64,000 bases of DNA from Octopus vulgaris (GCA_951406725.2 OX597830.1:31620001-31684000); one strand, 5' to 3'. Numbered from the stretch's first letter, positions 1 through 13,544 are shown. Made by a program: numbers and translations. Notes: generated by a model from the sequence alone, not told the origin.

Positions 1-94
1 CATGTATGTCTGTTTTATGTATGTATATATATATATATATTTACATAAGTGTGTGTATATATATATGTATATATATGTGTGTGTGTATATATAT

Positions 95-498
<404 letters not shown>

Positions 499-575
499 TT
501 ATATGAAAAAATAACCAAAAACAGAAAGACATGCACAAATGCAGAACCAACAACACAACAAACACCCAGATCCCA

Positions 576-639
<64 letters not shown>

Positions 640-1151
640 GTAATGATGATGATTTTAAAAACAAAGCAAAACAAATGGAAATAGGGAATACTATATAGGG
701 AATTTGAGAAGAAAGCGTAATAGGAAATCTGACAATGATTAAGTAAGTGTATTATTTGTCTGTTGACAATTTTAATTTTCTCTCAAGGTTGTAGATGAGA
801 AAATTTTAATAAATGATGGAGAAAGTGATCATTTTATAATTTCCCTTCATTTTCTATTTTCCATTTTTTCATTTTGTTTTTATTTTAATTAATTTTTTTT
901 TTTTTTGAAATGAATAAATGTTGAAATAATCTGAGAGGTTTTTGGATCCTTTTGTTTTTGTTTTTCTTTTGCTTTACTTTGAATTATAAATTTAAATAAA
1001 TACTAAAAATATGCTGTGGTTTTTACCACCCCACTTTTATTTTTCCCTTGATTTTTCTGACAATATCTTAAAATGAAAAAAAAAATCTAAAAATCATTTA
1101 TATTTTATATGTAAAGGTTTTGAACATTTCTAGGTCTTTACCATGTACACT

Positions 1152-1227
<76 letters not shown>

Positions 1228-1610
1228 TATATGTCAATTTAAATATTCTGAAGAATGAAATATGAATAAATTAATGAATGCTGTTAATTGCATGTATAAG
1301 AATCCAGATGTGTTGGAATTTGATTAAAACATATTCTTGTATTTTTTTGTCTTTTAGTGATTCTCTTGGTGGCATTTTGCAACATCCTTTTCAAAGAAAT
1401 TATTATGTTGAAACACTGGTGCTTACATAATGTGAGGAGATATAAGGAAGATCCACTGAACGTTTTGTCCAATAAAATATTCTTCCTTATTTGGTCAACT
1501 GATGTAAAAGCTTCTGATGTGACTCTAATAAGTATTGGAAATTAATTAAAGTTGTCCATCTATGGAAATTTTAATTTGATGTGTTTGTATGTCTTCTCCA
1601 TATGTTTACT

Positions 1611-1885
1611 TAGCGGTTCCCAAAGCGGGTGGTATTGCCCTCCTGCGGGTGGTGGAAAGTTCCAAGGGGGCATTGAAGAAAAGTGGGGGCAATAATAGGG
1701 TAGCAGTTCAAATAAAAACAACAAAATAATGGGTTCATTAGGTCAAGTTTTAATTGTGAAATACATTTGCTTTGAATTTGCTTCAGAAAGGGGTCTATAT
1801 TTGTGATGGTTAGTTGGGATGGGGTGCTAGGAATGTGGCCTGGTAGTCAAGGATTTGGCAGCTTGAAAATGTTTGGGAATCATAG
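1611..1885. mobile_element. hAT (Charlie-type) MITE, degenerate
   Basis: Ends tagcggttcccaaa ... tttgggaatcatag resemble CAGTGGTTCCCAAA-type TIRs; flanks gtttactt / gtttacat look like an imperfect 8-bp TSD. Confidence 0.65.
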
Positions 1886-2011
1886 GTTTACATATACTAT
1901 GCCATATCTTCAGATGATATAAACTGGGGTCACCCATTGACAGGCCTCTGATATTCTAATAAAGTGACCAACACTTATTGTATGAAAATTAGTAGCTCCA
2001 ATTCTCTGAGG

Positions 2012-2381
2012 AGGCACAGGCATGGCTGTGTGGTAAGTAGCTTGCTTACAAACCACATGATTCTGGGCTCAGTCCCACTGCGTGACACCTGGGGCAAGTA
2101 ACTTCTACTATAGCCTCAGGCTGACCAGAGCCTTGCAAGTGGATTTGGTAGACAGAAACCGAAAGAAGCCCATTGTATATATATATATATATATACGATG
2201 GGCATAGGAGTGGCTGTGTGGTAAGTAGCTTGCTTACAAACCACATGGTTCCAGGCCCCACTGCGTGGCACCTTGGGCAAGTGTCTTCTACTATAGCCTC
2301 AGGTTGACCAAAGCCTTGTGAGTGGAATTGGTGGACGGAAAATGAAAGAAGCCCATCATATATATGTATATATATATTTAC

Positions 2382-2415
<34 letters not shown>

Positions 2416-2622
2416 ATATATGTTTGTCCTCCCAACCTCACTTGACAAACAATGCTGGTGCGTTTACATCCCTATAACTTAGCAGTTCAGCAAAAGATAC
2501 CGATAGAATAAGTACTAGGCTTAGAAAGAATAAGTCCTGGGGTCAATTTGTTTGACTAGAACGTGGTGCTCCAGCATGGCCACAGTCAAATGACTGAAAC
2601 AAATAAAAGCATAAAAGAATAC
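2012..2622 (+). mobile_element. SINE family A: head-only copy (2012-2176) followed by a full copy (2199-2622)
   Basis: Pol III A-box-like tggctgtgtggtaag, B-box-like ggttcagtccc in family consensus, internal (TA/TG)n, tail ggtgctccagcatggccacagtcaaatgactgaaacaa + (TAAAAG)n; many matching copies in window. Confidence 0.9.
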
Positions 2623-3534
2623 TAGATTTAACATGCACATAAATGGATGAGTAACTCTGGGTAAATTTTATTATGAAACCAGCACTAGAGGGGTTGTCAT
2701 ACCCTCACCAAGGCAAAGGGATCCTTTATTCTCTACTATAGTGTCTCTGTTCTTTTAAGGCAAACAAGATTAAGAGTTTGAATAGAAGAGAGAGTTGAAC
2801 AAGAGGTTGACAGAATAAGTGTGAGTATGGTGATAGAAATAGTGTGATAGGAAGATAGTGGTAAGGAAAGGAATAATGGTCAAAAGTTAGTCATGCAGCT
2901 ATGCAGTGATTGTTGGTAATGAGATTGAGTTGAAAATATTCATTTACCCCTAGAGCTGCTGTTGTTGGTCCTAAAATACAGTTAGATGGACTGGGCCCAT
3001 GGATAAAATGATTTGCTGGTAATAGAGTATGAACCATAACAGAACTCTGGTGCTCTATCCACTTAGCTATGTATGGCAGCATCCTCATGCAAATGTGGTA
3101 CTGTATAAGCTAATGCCAGAAATTTTACATAGTTCTTGTTAAAATAGCAGCCTAATTTCCCTCATTTCACACCCTAAAGTTTTTTTTTGCATGTTGATTA
3201 TTGATTTGCTTAATCAGATTTGACCTGGTGCTAAACAACACCAACAAAAATATGGTAATTCCATCAGTCTCTAGAAGTTGTAAACTGTGTTTCCAGCGAA
3301 TTTCAGCAAAGATAAACCATCAAGGTAGAAAACTGCAAGAAACATTTCAGCAGCAGATAAAATGCATTGCAGAATTTGTACCAAATCCCAGAGTACTGAG
3401 TTCAAATCTTACTTCAGACAAAATTGCCTTTTATTCTTTCAAGATCAATAAAAAGGGTCGAGCTTAGTGAGAGAGATTGACAAAAATGTTAGAACATAGA
3501 ACTGGATACCTTACAGTATTTCTTTTACTTTTTT

Positions 3535-3750
3535 ATCTTTTTTATATTTTACTCTTCAGTTATTAAACTGTGGCATGCTGGGCAAAGCCTTATTTAAAAA
3601 ATTTGACTCCTGTACTTATGATTTCATTTGTGTCTTTTGATGAACCACTAAGTTATAGAGCTGTATTCAAACCAGTGCCAGTTATCAAGCAGTGGTGGGA
3701 ACAAACACAAACATAAAGACACATATATAGACAGACACACAGACACCCAC
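3535..3750 (-). mobile_element. SINE family A, degenerate 3' half
   Basis: Reverse complement of family A tail (aaactgtggcatgctgggca...aaccactaagttatag...caaaccagtgccagttatcaagc). Confidence 0.7.
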
Positions 3751-3766
3751 ACACACAAGCACACAC

Positions 3767-3802
<36 letters not shown>

Positions 3803-3952
3803 GCGCGCATGTGTGTGTGTGTGAATTAAATAAATGGCAAAGAAATAAGAAATTGTCATGAGCCTCATTAGCTTGCAGCTGTTTCTGCAATAAAATGCAA
3901 TGCACTCAAAGTATATAACTATAGAAAGCAAGCATATATGTATGTATGTATA

Positions 3953-3998
<46 letters not shown>

Positions 3999-4008
3999 TA
4001 TATATATG

Positions 4009-4074
<66 letters not shown>

Positions 4075-4109
4075 TACATATATATATATATATATATATA
4101 TAAGTATAT

Positions 4110-4348
4110 CACGTATTATGTGACCGACCAGTCCATCAGATGTATTACACATCGCTGGTCACAATGCGTTCGCATTGTTTTAGCCTTCGAATATATGAGC
4201 AGGCCAACAGAAGAAAGAGTAGGAGAAAGAGTAAAGAGTACAGCAGGGATCACTACCCCTATATCGTGGAGCTTTTAGGTAATAAACACTAACGCCCGGT
4301 CTGGGAATCAAAACCGCGATCCTATATATCCGCTGCCCTATGGGCCAT
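4110..4348 (-). mobile_element. SINE family D variant (tRNA head shared with 62903 copy, different tail)
   Basis: Reverse complement atggcccatagggcagcgga...gattcccagaccgggcgtt...cctaaaagctc matches the head of 62903-63200. Confidence 0.75.
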
Positions 4349-4349
4349 A

Positions 4350-4520
4350 TATATATATAACAACAAGACAAAATATGGAGCAAGAACGTGACAGGTGACA
4401 AAAAAACATTCGGACAGTTAGACAATACAAAAATGGACAGGAAGAAACAAGGACACGTCATTCAGAGCTTTCACTCTTCAGTCGAGTATTAGATTGTCTT
4501 TGCAGTTTTGGCTGGTTACT
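4350..4520 (-). mobile_element. Penelope-like remnant with degenerate hammerhead-like core
   Basis: Minus strand ctgaagag-tgaaag-ctc-tgaat; (TA)n-bounded; A-rich composition typical of PLE terminal fragments (inference). Confidence 0.4.
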
Positions 4521-4529
4521 GTGTATATA

Positions 4530-4675
4530 CTTGTTTTTTTTTCAGTTTTTCTCTGCCAAATCCATCCACAAGTTTTTGGTCAGCATGTAGCTAGAGTAGA
4601 CAGTGGAACTGAACTTGGAACCATGTGGTTTGGGAAGCAAATCTCTTATCACGCAGCTACACATGCACCTATATA
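4530..4675 (-). mobile_element. SINE family A, 5' half, degenerate
   Basis: ttcagttttt...ccaaatccatccacaag...ggaaccatgtggtttgggaagcaa matches the family A head. Confidence 0.75.
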
Positions 4676-5033
4676 CGTAATGAATGTTAAGGATATTTCA
4701 GAGCTGTGGTATTAGTCATCATGATAAGCACAGGAACAGAATTGACCAATTTATGTTAAAAACAAAAATCATCCACACTCACAAAAAAAAAAATAAATAA
4801 ATATATATCTGAATATACTATCTAACACTGGGACAGTCCCTGTTACTGTAAACTGTCTTCATGAATTCATTCTTAGATTAGCTTCAAAGAATAAGACAGC
4901 AGTAATTACACTACACTGTCTTGCAAGTATAATACACATACATACATACATACATACATAAATACATACATACATACATACATACATACACGCTTATAAG
5001 TATATATATCTATATATGTGATGTCTGTGTGTA

Positions 5034-5104
<71 letters not shown>

Positions 5105-5354
5105 AACTATCAAAAGTGTAACATTTAATTATTATATAATGCCCGAAACACTGGTTTCTGATAACAGCATTTGTATTCCAACATTCGGCAGTATTACACA
5201 TAGAAACATTTGCACTTATACACACTCACACACATACACAACCAAGCACACATGCATATATATATATATATGTGTGTGTGTTTATATGTATTCATATATA
5301 GATTTATATATATATACATATATATGTATGTATATATATATATATGCATATGTA

Positions 5355-5401
<47 letters not shown>

Positions 5402-5778
5402 ACATGCATATACATATGCATATAGTTCACACACACACATACACGCACACATACATGTAATTATTTCACCTATCACACGCCCACTGACATATATGTGAAC
5501 AAACACACAAACAAACAAACAAAACCACGCAAATGCACATACTCTCACTCAAATATACGCATGCACTAATTAAGATAATTATTTACTTTTTAATTACATA
5601 ATTATTTGCTTATTAAATCCTTTGATTACCACCCACCGTAAGATTAATTTAGTAATTATGCGTATAGATCCTATGTTTGTTTCTATTTTTTTCTCCCAGA
5701 ATTATTGTTTATTAATGTACGTTTGGACCAGGAAAATGTTCATTTTAGTACATATGATATGCCTGCAAACACAAACAC

Positions 5779-5823
<45 letters not shown>

Positions 5824-5935
5824 CACGCACACACATACACACACACGCACATCATACCCACATAATTACATACAAACAGACAACACACATACACACAATC
5901 ACACACACATATGTATATATCTATATCTTTATCTA

Positions 5936-6005
<70 letters not shown>

Positions 6006-6157
6006 CATACATACATATATATATATACATATGTATATATATATTCATATTTATTTATCTAGCTTGCTATACATTAATCCATCTATTTTCTATCCATCTA
6101 TCAATATATCTATCCAGTTATCAAACAATCCATCTATCTCTCTGTATGTCTGTCAAT

Positions 6158-6523
6158 CTCTTTTACTCTTTTACTTGTTTCAGTCATTTGACTGTGGCCA
6201 TGCTGGAGCTCTGCCTTTAGTTAAGCAAATTGACCCCAGGACTTAAGTAAGCTTAGTACTTATTCTATTGGTCTCTTTTGCCGAACCGCTAAGTTACAAG
6301 GATATAAACACTCCAACATTGGTTGTCAAGCAATACATATACATATGCATACATATATACGACGGGCTTCTTTCAGTTTCTGTCTACCCAATCCACTCAC
6401 AAGGTTTTGGTCGGCCTGAAGCTATAGTAGAAGACACTTGCCCAAGGTGCCACGCAGAGGGACTAAACCCGGAACCATGTGGTTGGTAAGCAAGCTACTT
6501 ACCACACAGCCACTCCTACACCT
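6158..6523 (-). mobile_element. SINE family A, full length
   Basis: Complete reverse-complement match to head, internal microsatellite and tail. Confidence 0.92.
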
Positions 6524-6545
6524 GTATGTATGTATTTATGTATGT

Positions 6546-6932
6546 ACTAGCAGTATCGCCCGGCGTTGCTCAGGTTTGTAAGGGAAATAACTATAAAGCA
6601 TGTTCAGAGAGTTATAGCCAAAAAATAGCAAAAAAATGGAAAAAAATGATGGTAAATTTTTTTTTGAGAGTTAAAAAAGGATGGAGTTGCGTCCCCTAGA
6701 CAGTTTGTGGTTCATGTTTATGATTCTCGACCCCATGTCGAATTTATCGATTTTTTTCAGAACTGGGGGAACTTTTCAAAATTTTGGCTGCGTTAGTTTT
6801 GAATTATGACATTGGGCTATGTGTGTGTCAAGTTTCATCAGAATCGGTTGAAAGCCGTGGTCAGGGTGAGGGTACGAGAAAACAGACACACAGAAACACG
6901 CACAGACAAACTGCCGTTTATATATAGAGAGA
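6546..6932 (+). mobile_element. Non-autonomous Helentron-associated (HINE/DINE-1-like) element
   Basis: Starts actagcagtatcgcccggcgttgctc, contains aagtttcatcagaatcggttg, an (ACAG/ACAC) tract and ends tttatatatagagagat; this is the recalled architecture of such elements. Confidence 0.65.
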
Positions 6933-7061
6933 TGTATGTATATGCATACGTTTGTGTGCATATGTGTTTTTATGTGTGTGTGTGTGTGTGTGTGTGCATT
7001 TGCATGTATCTTTATTCATATGTCCATGTCTAAATAATAACAGACCCGATATTACACTCAC

Positions 7062-7202
7062 ATCTTCATTCGCTATGAGACCTCGCTATGACAGATTCCC
7101 ATATCCATTTGCCTTTTGACTGTTGAAATGTACAAATCTTTTCCAGTTTCTCTTGGCAAGTTTATTACGACAAAAGACTTTTACCTGACAAGTGGAAGTT
7201 AC
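7062..7202 (-). other. Candidate exon, 141 nt
   Basis: Acceptor ttctgtgttctttcctcttcag|, donor gat|gtgagt. Frame 0 has one internal TAG; the other two frames close early. Confidence 0.4.
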
Positions 7203-7339
7203 CTGAAGAGGAAAGAACACAGAATATATTTGTCTACCCTATAGTTACATTATATGCATTTGGTGAATCTTTTGAAATATACACAGTGCATAACTACTTT
7301 ATACCATTCCCTTCATCCACAGACTACATATATATTTGG

Positions 7340-8098
7340 ATGCCCTTCCAAATGCCTACAACGCTCGAAATACGAGAGTAGAAAAACAGCCAGCAACTCA
7401 TAAAGGGTCGTTCTTTATGTTGTTTGTTTTGTTTTCAATTTGTGTCTTTCCTTGTTCGAAAAAATAGTTCATATTCCATGTACTCATACTTCGTATTTTT
7501 TGTTGCACCCATTTCGTGACATCCTGTGCCCACATATACACACACATATATATATATATATACATATATATGTATGTACATATACATATGTATATATATT
7601 ATGTATATTATATATATATATAGTTGAGGTGTGTTTAAAAACCTACCTAACCGTACTTACTCTTCCTTTTTACTCTTTTACTTTATGATGGACCGTTAGC
7701 TCCTACACGCATTTTTTCTCTCCTTGTTTCTTTTCTGCGTATCTTTCTGTCGAAGAGCGTAGGCTCGAAACGTAAACGACTTCTTCTACTTCTATTCCTG
7801 AGCGCCATATTAATACATTTGTTTGTTTTGTACTCCACCTGCCTTCGTCTTTTGTTTATTTTCGTAAACCTTCCCGTTTTATATATATATATATATATAT
7901 TTCGTTTTTGGATTTGATTTGCAAGATTCTTTATGTGAGTTGGTAACTTGAAGCATATTCTGTTGAGTCTGGGGAGAGTCATTTTCTTATTGTGCCTTAT
8001 AATTTAACACACTCACTGGTAAAATTTCCACTTATTTCTTATTTTTATTTTCCTAAAATTTTCGTTGCGTCTTGCAACCTTTACAATAGTCTCGACTC
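7340..8098. mobile_element. Cluster of three Penelope-like terminal remnants (about 7340-7535, 7685-7880, 7900-8098) separated by (TA)n
   Basis: 7685-7880 carries tcgaagagcgtaggctcgaaacgt and is homologous to 54810-54985 and 13980-14165; 7900-8098 has minus-strand ggttgcaagacgcaacgaaa. Confidence 0.5.
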
Positions 8099-8299
8099 TG
8101 TCCGTTATTTACACTGCGTTACTTTTTGTTTGTTTGTGCACATGTGTGTGGGCCAGTGAGTGTGTGTGTGCCTATGCATGCATGTACGTACGTATGTGTG
8201 TGTGTGTATGTATGTATGTATGCCTGTGTGTGTATGTATACATGTGTGTGCATACATATATATATATATATATGTATATATGTATATATATATATATAC

Positions 8300-8596
8300 A
8301 AGTGGTTGGCATTTGGAAGGGCATTCTGCTGTGAAAACCATGCCAAAGCAGATCTTGCTAGTGCTAGTTCCATGTAAAAAGCACTGAGTACACTATGTAA
8401 AGTGGCTGACATTAGGAAGATCATCCAGGATAGATAGTGGGGTCTGGCGTAGCCCTCTGACTTGCCAGCTTCTGTCAAACCATTCAACCCTTGCCAGTAT
8501 GGAAAATGAATGTTAAATGATGATGACGACGATGATGAAGATGACGATGATGATGATGATTATGATGATGATGATGATGATGATGACGACGTCGAC

Positions 8597-8630
<34 letters not shown>

Positions 8631-8635
8631 ATAAT
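8300..8635 (+). mobile_element. Retroposon 3' end (RTE-like tail family) ending in (GAT)n
   Basis: gtcaaaccattcaacccttgccagtatggaaaatgaatgttaaatgatgatga; related pieces at 15765-15915(-), 29865-29910(-), 37265-37345(+), 47170-47205(-), 61420-61580(+). Confidence 0.7.
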
Positions 8636-8952
8636 GATATGCATATCTTTTATCTCATTTATGTGTTTAGGCCATATGGTTGTGGTCATGCTAGAGCACT
8701 TTAAACCCTTTTCCGCAGCATTCTTATGGGGCTGATTTCTGAGTGGTGGGATTTTCCTATCATCAAATTTCCATGTGTCTTGTTATTTATATCTACACAT
8801 ACATGTGTAAACCTAGATTAGTAGGTAGATTGATATTTATAAAAATACATGAGCATATACACACATATAATATGCTCATACACACACACACATCTGTGTA
8901 TGTATGTATCTGGAGAGTTACGTAGCAGACACTCTAAAAATTCCAATACTGG

Positions 8953-9001
<49 letters not shown>

Positions 9002-9566
9002 AGACTTGGAAATATGTGCAGCTTTTAAATATCATGAGTCAAATAAATACTTTAAACAGACAAGACCAGATACACACTCATATATACTCACATTCCTTTA
9101 TATAAATATATATATATATAATGTGTGAGTGCGTGTGCATGCACATCAGTGTGTTTTTGTCTATACATTTATATATATATGTGTATGTATAAGTGTATAT
9201 ATATATGTACACACATACACACACAAACACACACATATAGCCACACGGACATACACACACATACATATTTATATATGATTGGAGGTTTCTCTCATACATT
9301 GATTGTAATTCAAATTACGATGCCTGAAGAAGTGAATGAACACTAATTTTATTCTATAAATTGCATAACTTTATATGCAATAAGAAATGGATGATGTTCA
9401 TTCACTGAAACATATGTAACATTGATTTGACTTCTCTTTTCCTTAATTAAAGTAATTATTATATATATATTCCTCACTCTGAGGGAATTATAACATACAT
9501 ATTTGATATATACATGCCTTGAACTCAAAAAGGGCACTTTTTATAATTGCTCAAAGTATAACTAAC

Positions 9567-9632
9567 CATCCATTGGTTGTTTGAACAGTATGCTAGCCAG
9601 GTTTCTGCATGGTGTGCTGACGTGGTGATCAC
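9567..9632 (-). other. Candidate exon, 66 nt
   Basis: Acceptor aaatttcag|, donor atg|gttagt; length a multiple of 3; two frames open (VITTSAHHAETWLAYCSNNQWM or GDHHVSTPCRNLASILFKQPMD). Confidence 0.3.
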
Positions 9633-9819
9633 CTGAAATTTGCTTATCCACTCAACTATCATATCATATATCAACTATCATATATATATATTTATTTATA
9701 TATATATTTTCACATATAATATATATATACATATAAACATATATACATATATATGCATATATATGCATACATACATAAATATATATACATATACATACAT
9801 ACATACATACATACATACA

Positions 9820-9855
<36 letters not shown>

Positions 9856-9972
9856 TATATACAGGCACGCACATACACACACATATACATACATATATAC
9901 ATATATATATATGCACATATATATTTACATATTTATACACACATGTATATATATATGTATACATATAATATT

Positions 9973-10054
<82 letters not shown>

Positions 10055-10509
10055 GTAATATATACATATATATAAATACACACACACACACACACTATGT
10101 ATGTATGTATGAATATATGTGTGTATGTATGTATGTACATATGTATGTATGTATGTATCAATGTATGTGTCTGTGTTAGCAAAATCACAATTACAGCATT
10201 GTTTTGGATAAATCTCTGTTTTGAAATCATAAGATTAATAAACATATATTTAGTGTCACTGTGAAATTATACTCTGAATGGATCAGAGAGTCTTCAGTAG
10301 TTTAATGTGATTGATCAGCTGCAACTCAGTTTCTGATGGCAACAACTCCGCTGCCTTTGATCAAATGGGCTTTCCTTCATTAGACCTGACCTGGGGGCTA
10401 GATAATGGCAAGAATGACAACAACGACAACAACAACAGCAACAACACTGATGTATTCTCCTTACTTTTAAATAAAGTAAATATTACCAATAAATAATATT
10501 TCTCTCCTT

Positions 10510-11070
10510 AGTTTTAATAATTTAAGTATTATAGGGTTTAAAAAAATAAATGAAGGATGCATTCGATGATGTAGTCCTAGGTAAATTGCTCCCTGAAAAT
10601 AATTTAGGATGGTCATGGCTGGAATATCTTTTCTGGTAAGTGTGCTTCAATGAATCAAACATTATTAGTTTAAAATAAAGAAGGGATACATTGGATGATG
10701 TAATCCTAGATATACTGTGCCTGAAATGGAGTCACAATGGGCATGGCTGGAATGTCTTTTTTACTGTCTGTTTTAAAAAGTTAAGCATTATTGGGTTTAA
10801 ACAAAAGAAGGATACATCGGATGTTGTAGCCCTAGATACACTATGCCTGAATATATGCCAGAATGGGCATGGCTGGAATGCCTCTTTTTCTAAGTCTGTT
10901 TCAATGATTTTAGCGATATATGGGTTTTTCTTTTAAAAAGAAGGGATACTCTGGATAATGCATTGAACCCCACAAAATAAATCAGGATAGGCATGGCTGG
11001 AACGAATACCTTTCATACTAACTCTGTTTCCACAGAACTGACCTCGAGCTAATCAACAACAACAACAACG
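10510..11070 (+). repeat. Four tandem copies (period about 124-128 bp) of an internal segment of a dispersed repeat
   Basis: catggctggaa at 10614, 10742, 10868, 10992; single-copy relatives at about 45660-45870, 51810-52010 and 59150-59390(-). Confidence 0.85.
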
Positions 11071-11248
11071 ACAAAGACGACGACAACAACAGCAACAACA
11101 ACAACAGCAGCGACAACAATAACTACAGCAACAAAGAAACCAGAAGGAAACATAGTGATGTGTAAACATTTATTATTTCACAATTATCAAGATGTCAGCC
11201 TTCTTGGAAAATGGAAATCTGGTGAAGACATAAAAGTGAAGCACTTAC

Positions 11249-11336
11249 ATAGATGATTTAGATAACTAAGCTGAGTTTTAATTGGATAGTGCTTTGTTGA
11301 AATGTGGTCATTAAATGTGGTGTATTTTTAGTCAAC
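11249..11336 (-). other. Candidate non-coding exon, 88 nt
   Basis: Acceptor cactgtgattgcag|, donor tat|gtaagt; stops in all three frames. Confidence 0.3.
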
Positions 11337-11472
11337 CTGCAATCACAGTGTACATACGTATGTATACATAACTTAACATACATACACGCATACATATGTG
11401 AATATACATATACGCATACATGTGGTTGTGTGTGTATCTATGCATCTGTGTGTGTGTGTATGTATGTATATG

Positions 11473-11507
<35 letters not shown>

Positions 11508-11563
11508 ACTATATATGTATACATATATATATATATATATATACATATATATATAGATGTATG

Positions 11564-11606
<43 letters not shown>

Positions 11607-12624
11607 GATATGTATGTGCATAAATATATATATATATACATACATATATATATATACACACACACAGATATGTATGTATACATATATATGTATATATATA
11701 TATGTATGTATATATATGTATATATATTTATGTATATATGTATATATATATGCATATATATATATACACACACACATATGCATAAACACACACACACACA
11801 ACCACACACATATGTGTATGTATGTATGCGTGTACGCTGGCTCCTCTTCTGCTAGTTCTCTGTGTTTCCATACATCACCAATCATCTAACTGTTTAAATG
11901 TGTTTACTCCTCTCTGTCTGCCTATCTGTCTGTCGCTCTCTCTCTCTCTCTCTGTCTTTCAATCTATCTGTGTGCATACCCAACCCACACACTCATATAG
12001 TCATATGAGCATGTGTACATGTGCACACATGTGCACGTGTTCATGTGTATGTGTGTATCTATGTACGTACACCTTTGTTGACAAGTCTATTTTTGTTATA
12101 CCATATCTTACTTTCGCTTTCTATTTTTCTTTCACTCTCATGCAGTTTGTCCCGCTCTGTCAGTTGGTCTGTCTATTTATCTGTTTGTCTGTCTATCTGT
12201 CTGTCTGCTTGTCTGTCTATCTAATCTATTTATCTATCTATCTGTCTGTCGGTCTGCCGGTCTGCCTATACCCCCCACACATATATATATACATATGTAT
12301 ATGTAATACACATGCCCACACAGTTATGTATCTCATGTTCTTTTGATAAAAGTATATATATTTTTCCAGTATACTTCTAGTATTGTATATATAGTAGATA
12401 ACCATTACAAAATATACATACATACATACAAACATACATACAAACATACATACATACATATGTACATACATACATATGTACATACATACATTCTTACATA
12501 CATACATATATACATACATTCTTACATACATATATATGTACATAGGTAGGTAAATATAGGTATACATATATAATGAGTGAAATAACTACAGTTGTTTCGA
12601 AATGAAATATATGACCAGAAATGA

Positions 12625-12785
12625 TTGGAAGGGGGGGGGGTAAGCTGAACACATCTTCTCCATTACTTGACTGGTACTTTATTTTATTGACCCAGATGGG
12701 ATGAAAGACAAAACTGATCTGAGTAATATTTGACCATATAGTGTAAAATGTCAGATGAAACCTTTCAACATTCTAGCAAGTGCAC
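12625..12785 (-). mobile_element. SINE family B, degenerate
   Basis: gactggtactttattttattgaccc...ggatgaaagacaaa is the reverse complement of the family B central domain. Confidence 0.6.
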
Positions 12786-13089
12786 CAGCATGTTAAAAAG
12801 GACTTCTTTTGGACGCAAATTTTGTGGTAGGATAATCAACATCAACCATGATTTTTTATATGTCTGACTTCAGTTTATATAGATTTAAAGTAACTAGAAA
12901 CACTGCTGAAGAGAGTACACAGATGTACCAGAGATATTGATAAGAGATTTTGATTAGAAAAATGTCAAGGCTTCATGGAAGGGAGCAAAGTTAATTAAGA
13001 TTATTAATTGTAAGAATATTAATATCATTTATCATGGAAGATAACATATATATAAAAAAACACATTTACATGCATACAAACACACACAC

Positions 13090-13140
<51 letters not shown>

Positions 13141-13149
13141 GATAAGTGT

Positions 13150-13385
13150 GTGTGTATGTGTTTTGTATCGGTGTTTGTTCTGTCCCACCACTTGACAACC
13201 AGTGTTGGTGTGTTTCCATTTTTGTAACTTAGTGGTACAGCAAAGGAGATTGATAAAATAAGTGCTAGACTTAAAGTAAAAAATAAGTATTGACATCGGT
13301 TTATTTGGCCAAAAACATTTTGAAGGTGGTGCCCCAGCATGGTCACACTAACAACTGAAATAAAAGAATAAAAAGATAAATGATA
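13150..13385 (+). mobile_element. SINE family A, 3' half
   Basis: cttgacaaccagtgttggtgtg...ggtgccccagcatggtcac...taaaagaataaaaga. Confidence 0.8.
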
Positions 13386-13544
13386 TAAATGTATATGTAT
13401 GCAAGCATGTATGTATGTATGTGTGTATATATGTATATGTACATATACGTTCACACACATACTATATATAAATCAGTCCTCTGTCCCGTTCAATTGTGTC
13501 AATCAATGCCACAGGACCAAATAAAGGTCCTTCCAAATCCATAG

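Noticed and set aside
1284-1545. Overlapping 62-aa ORFs on both strands, or an exon after the plus acceptor at 1357
   Set aside because: No recognisable motif, weak donor; may be a decayed element. Not supportable.
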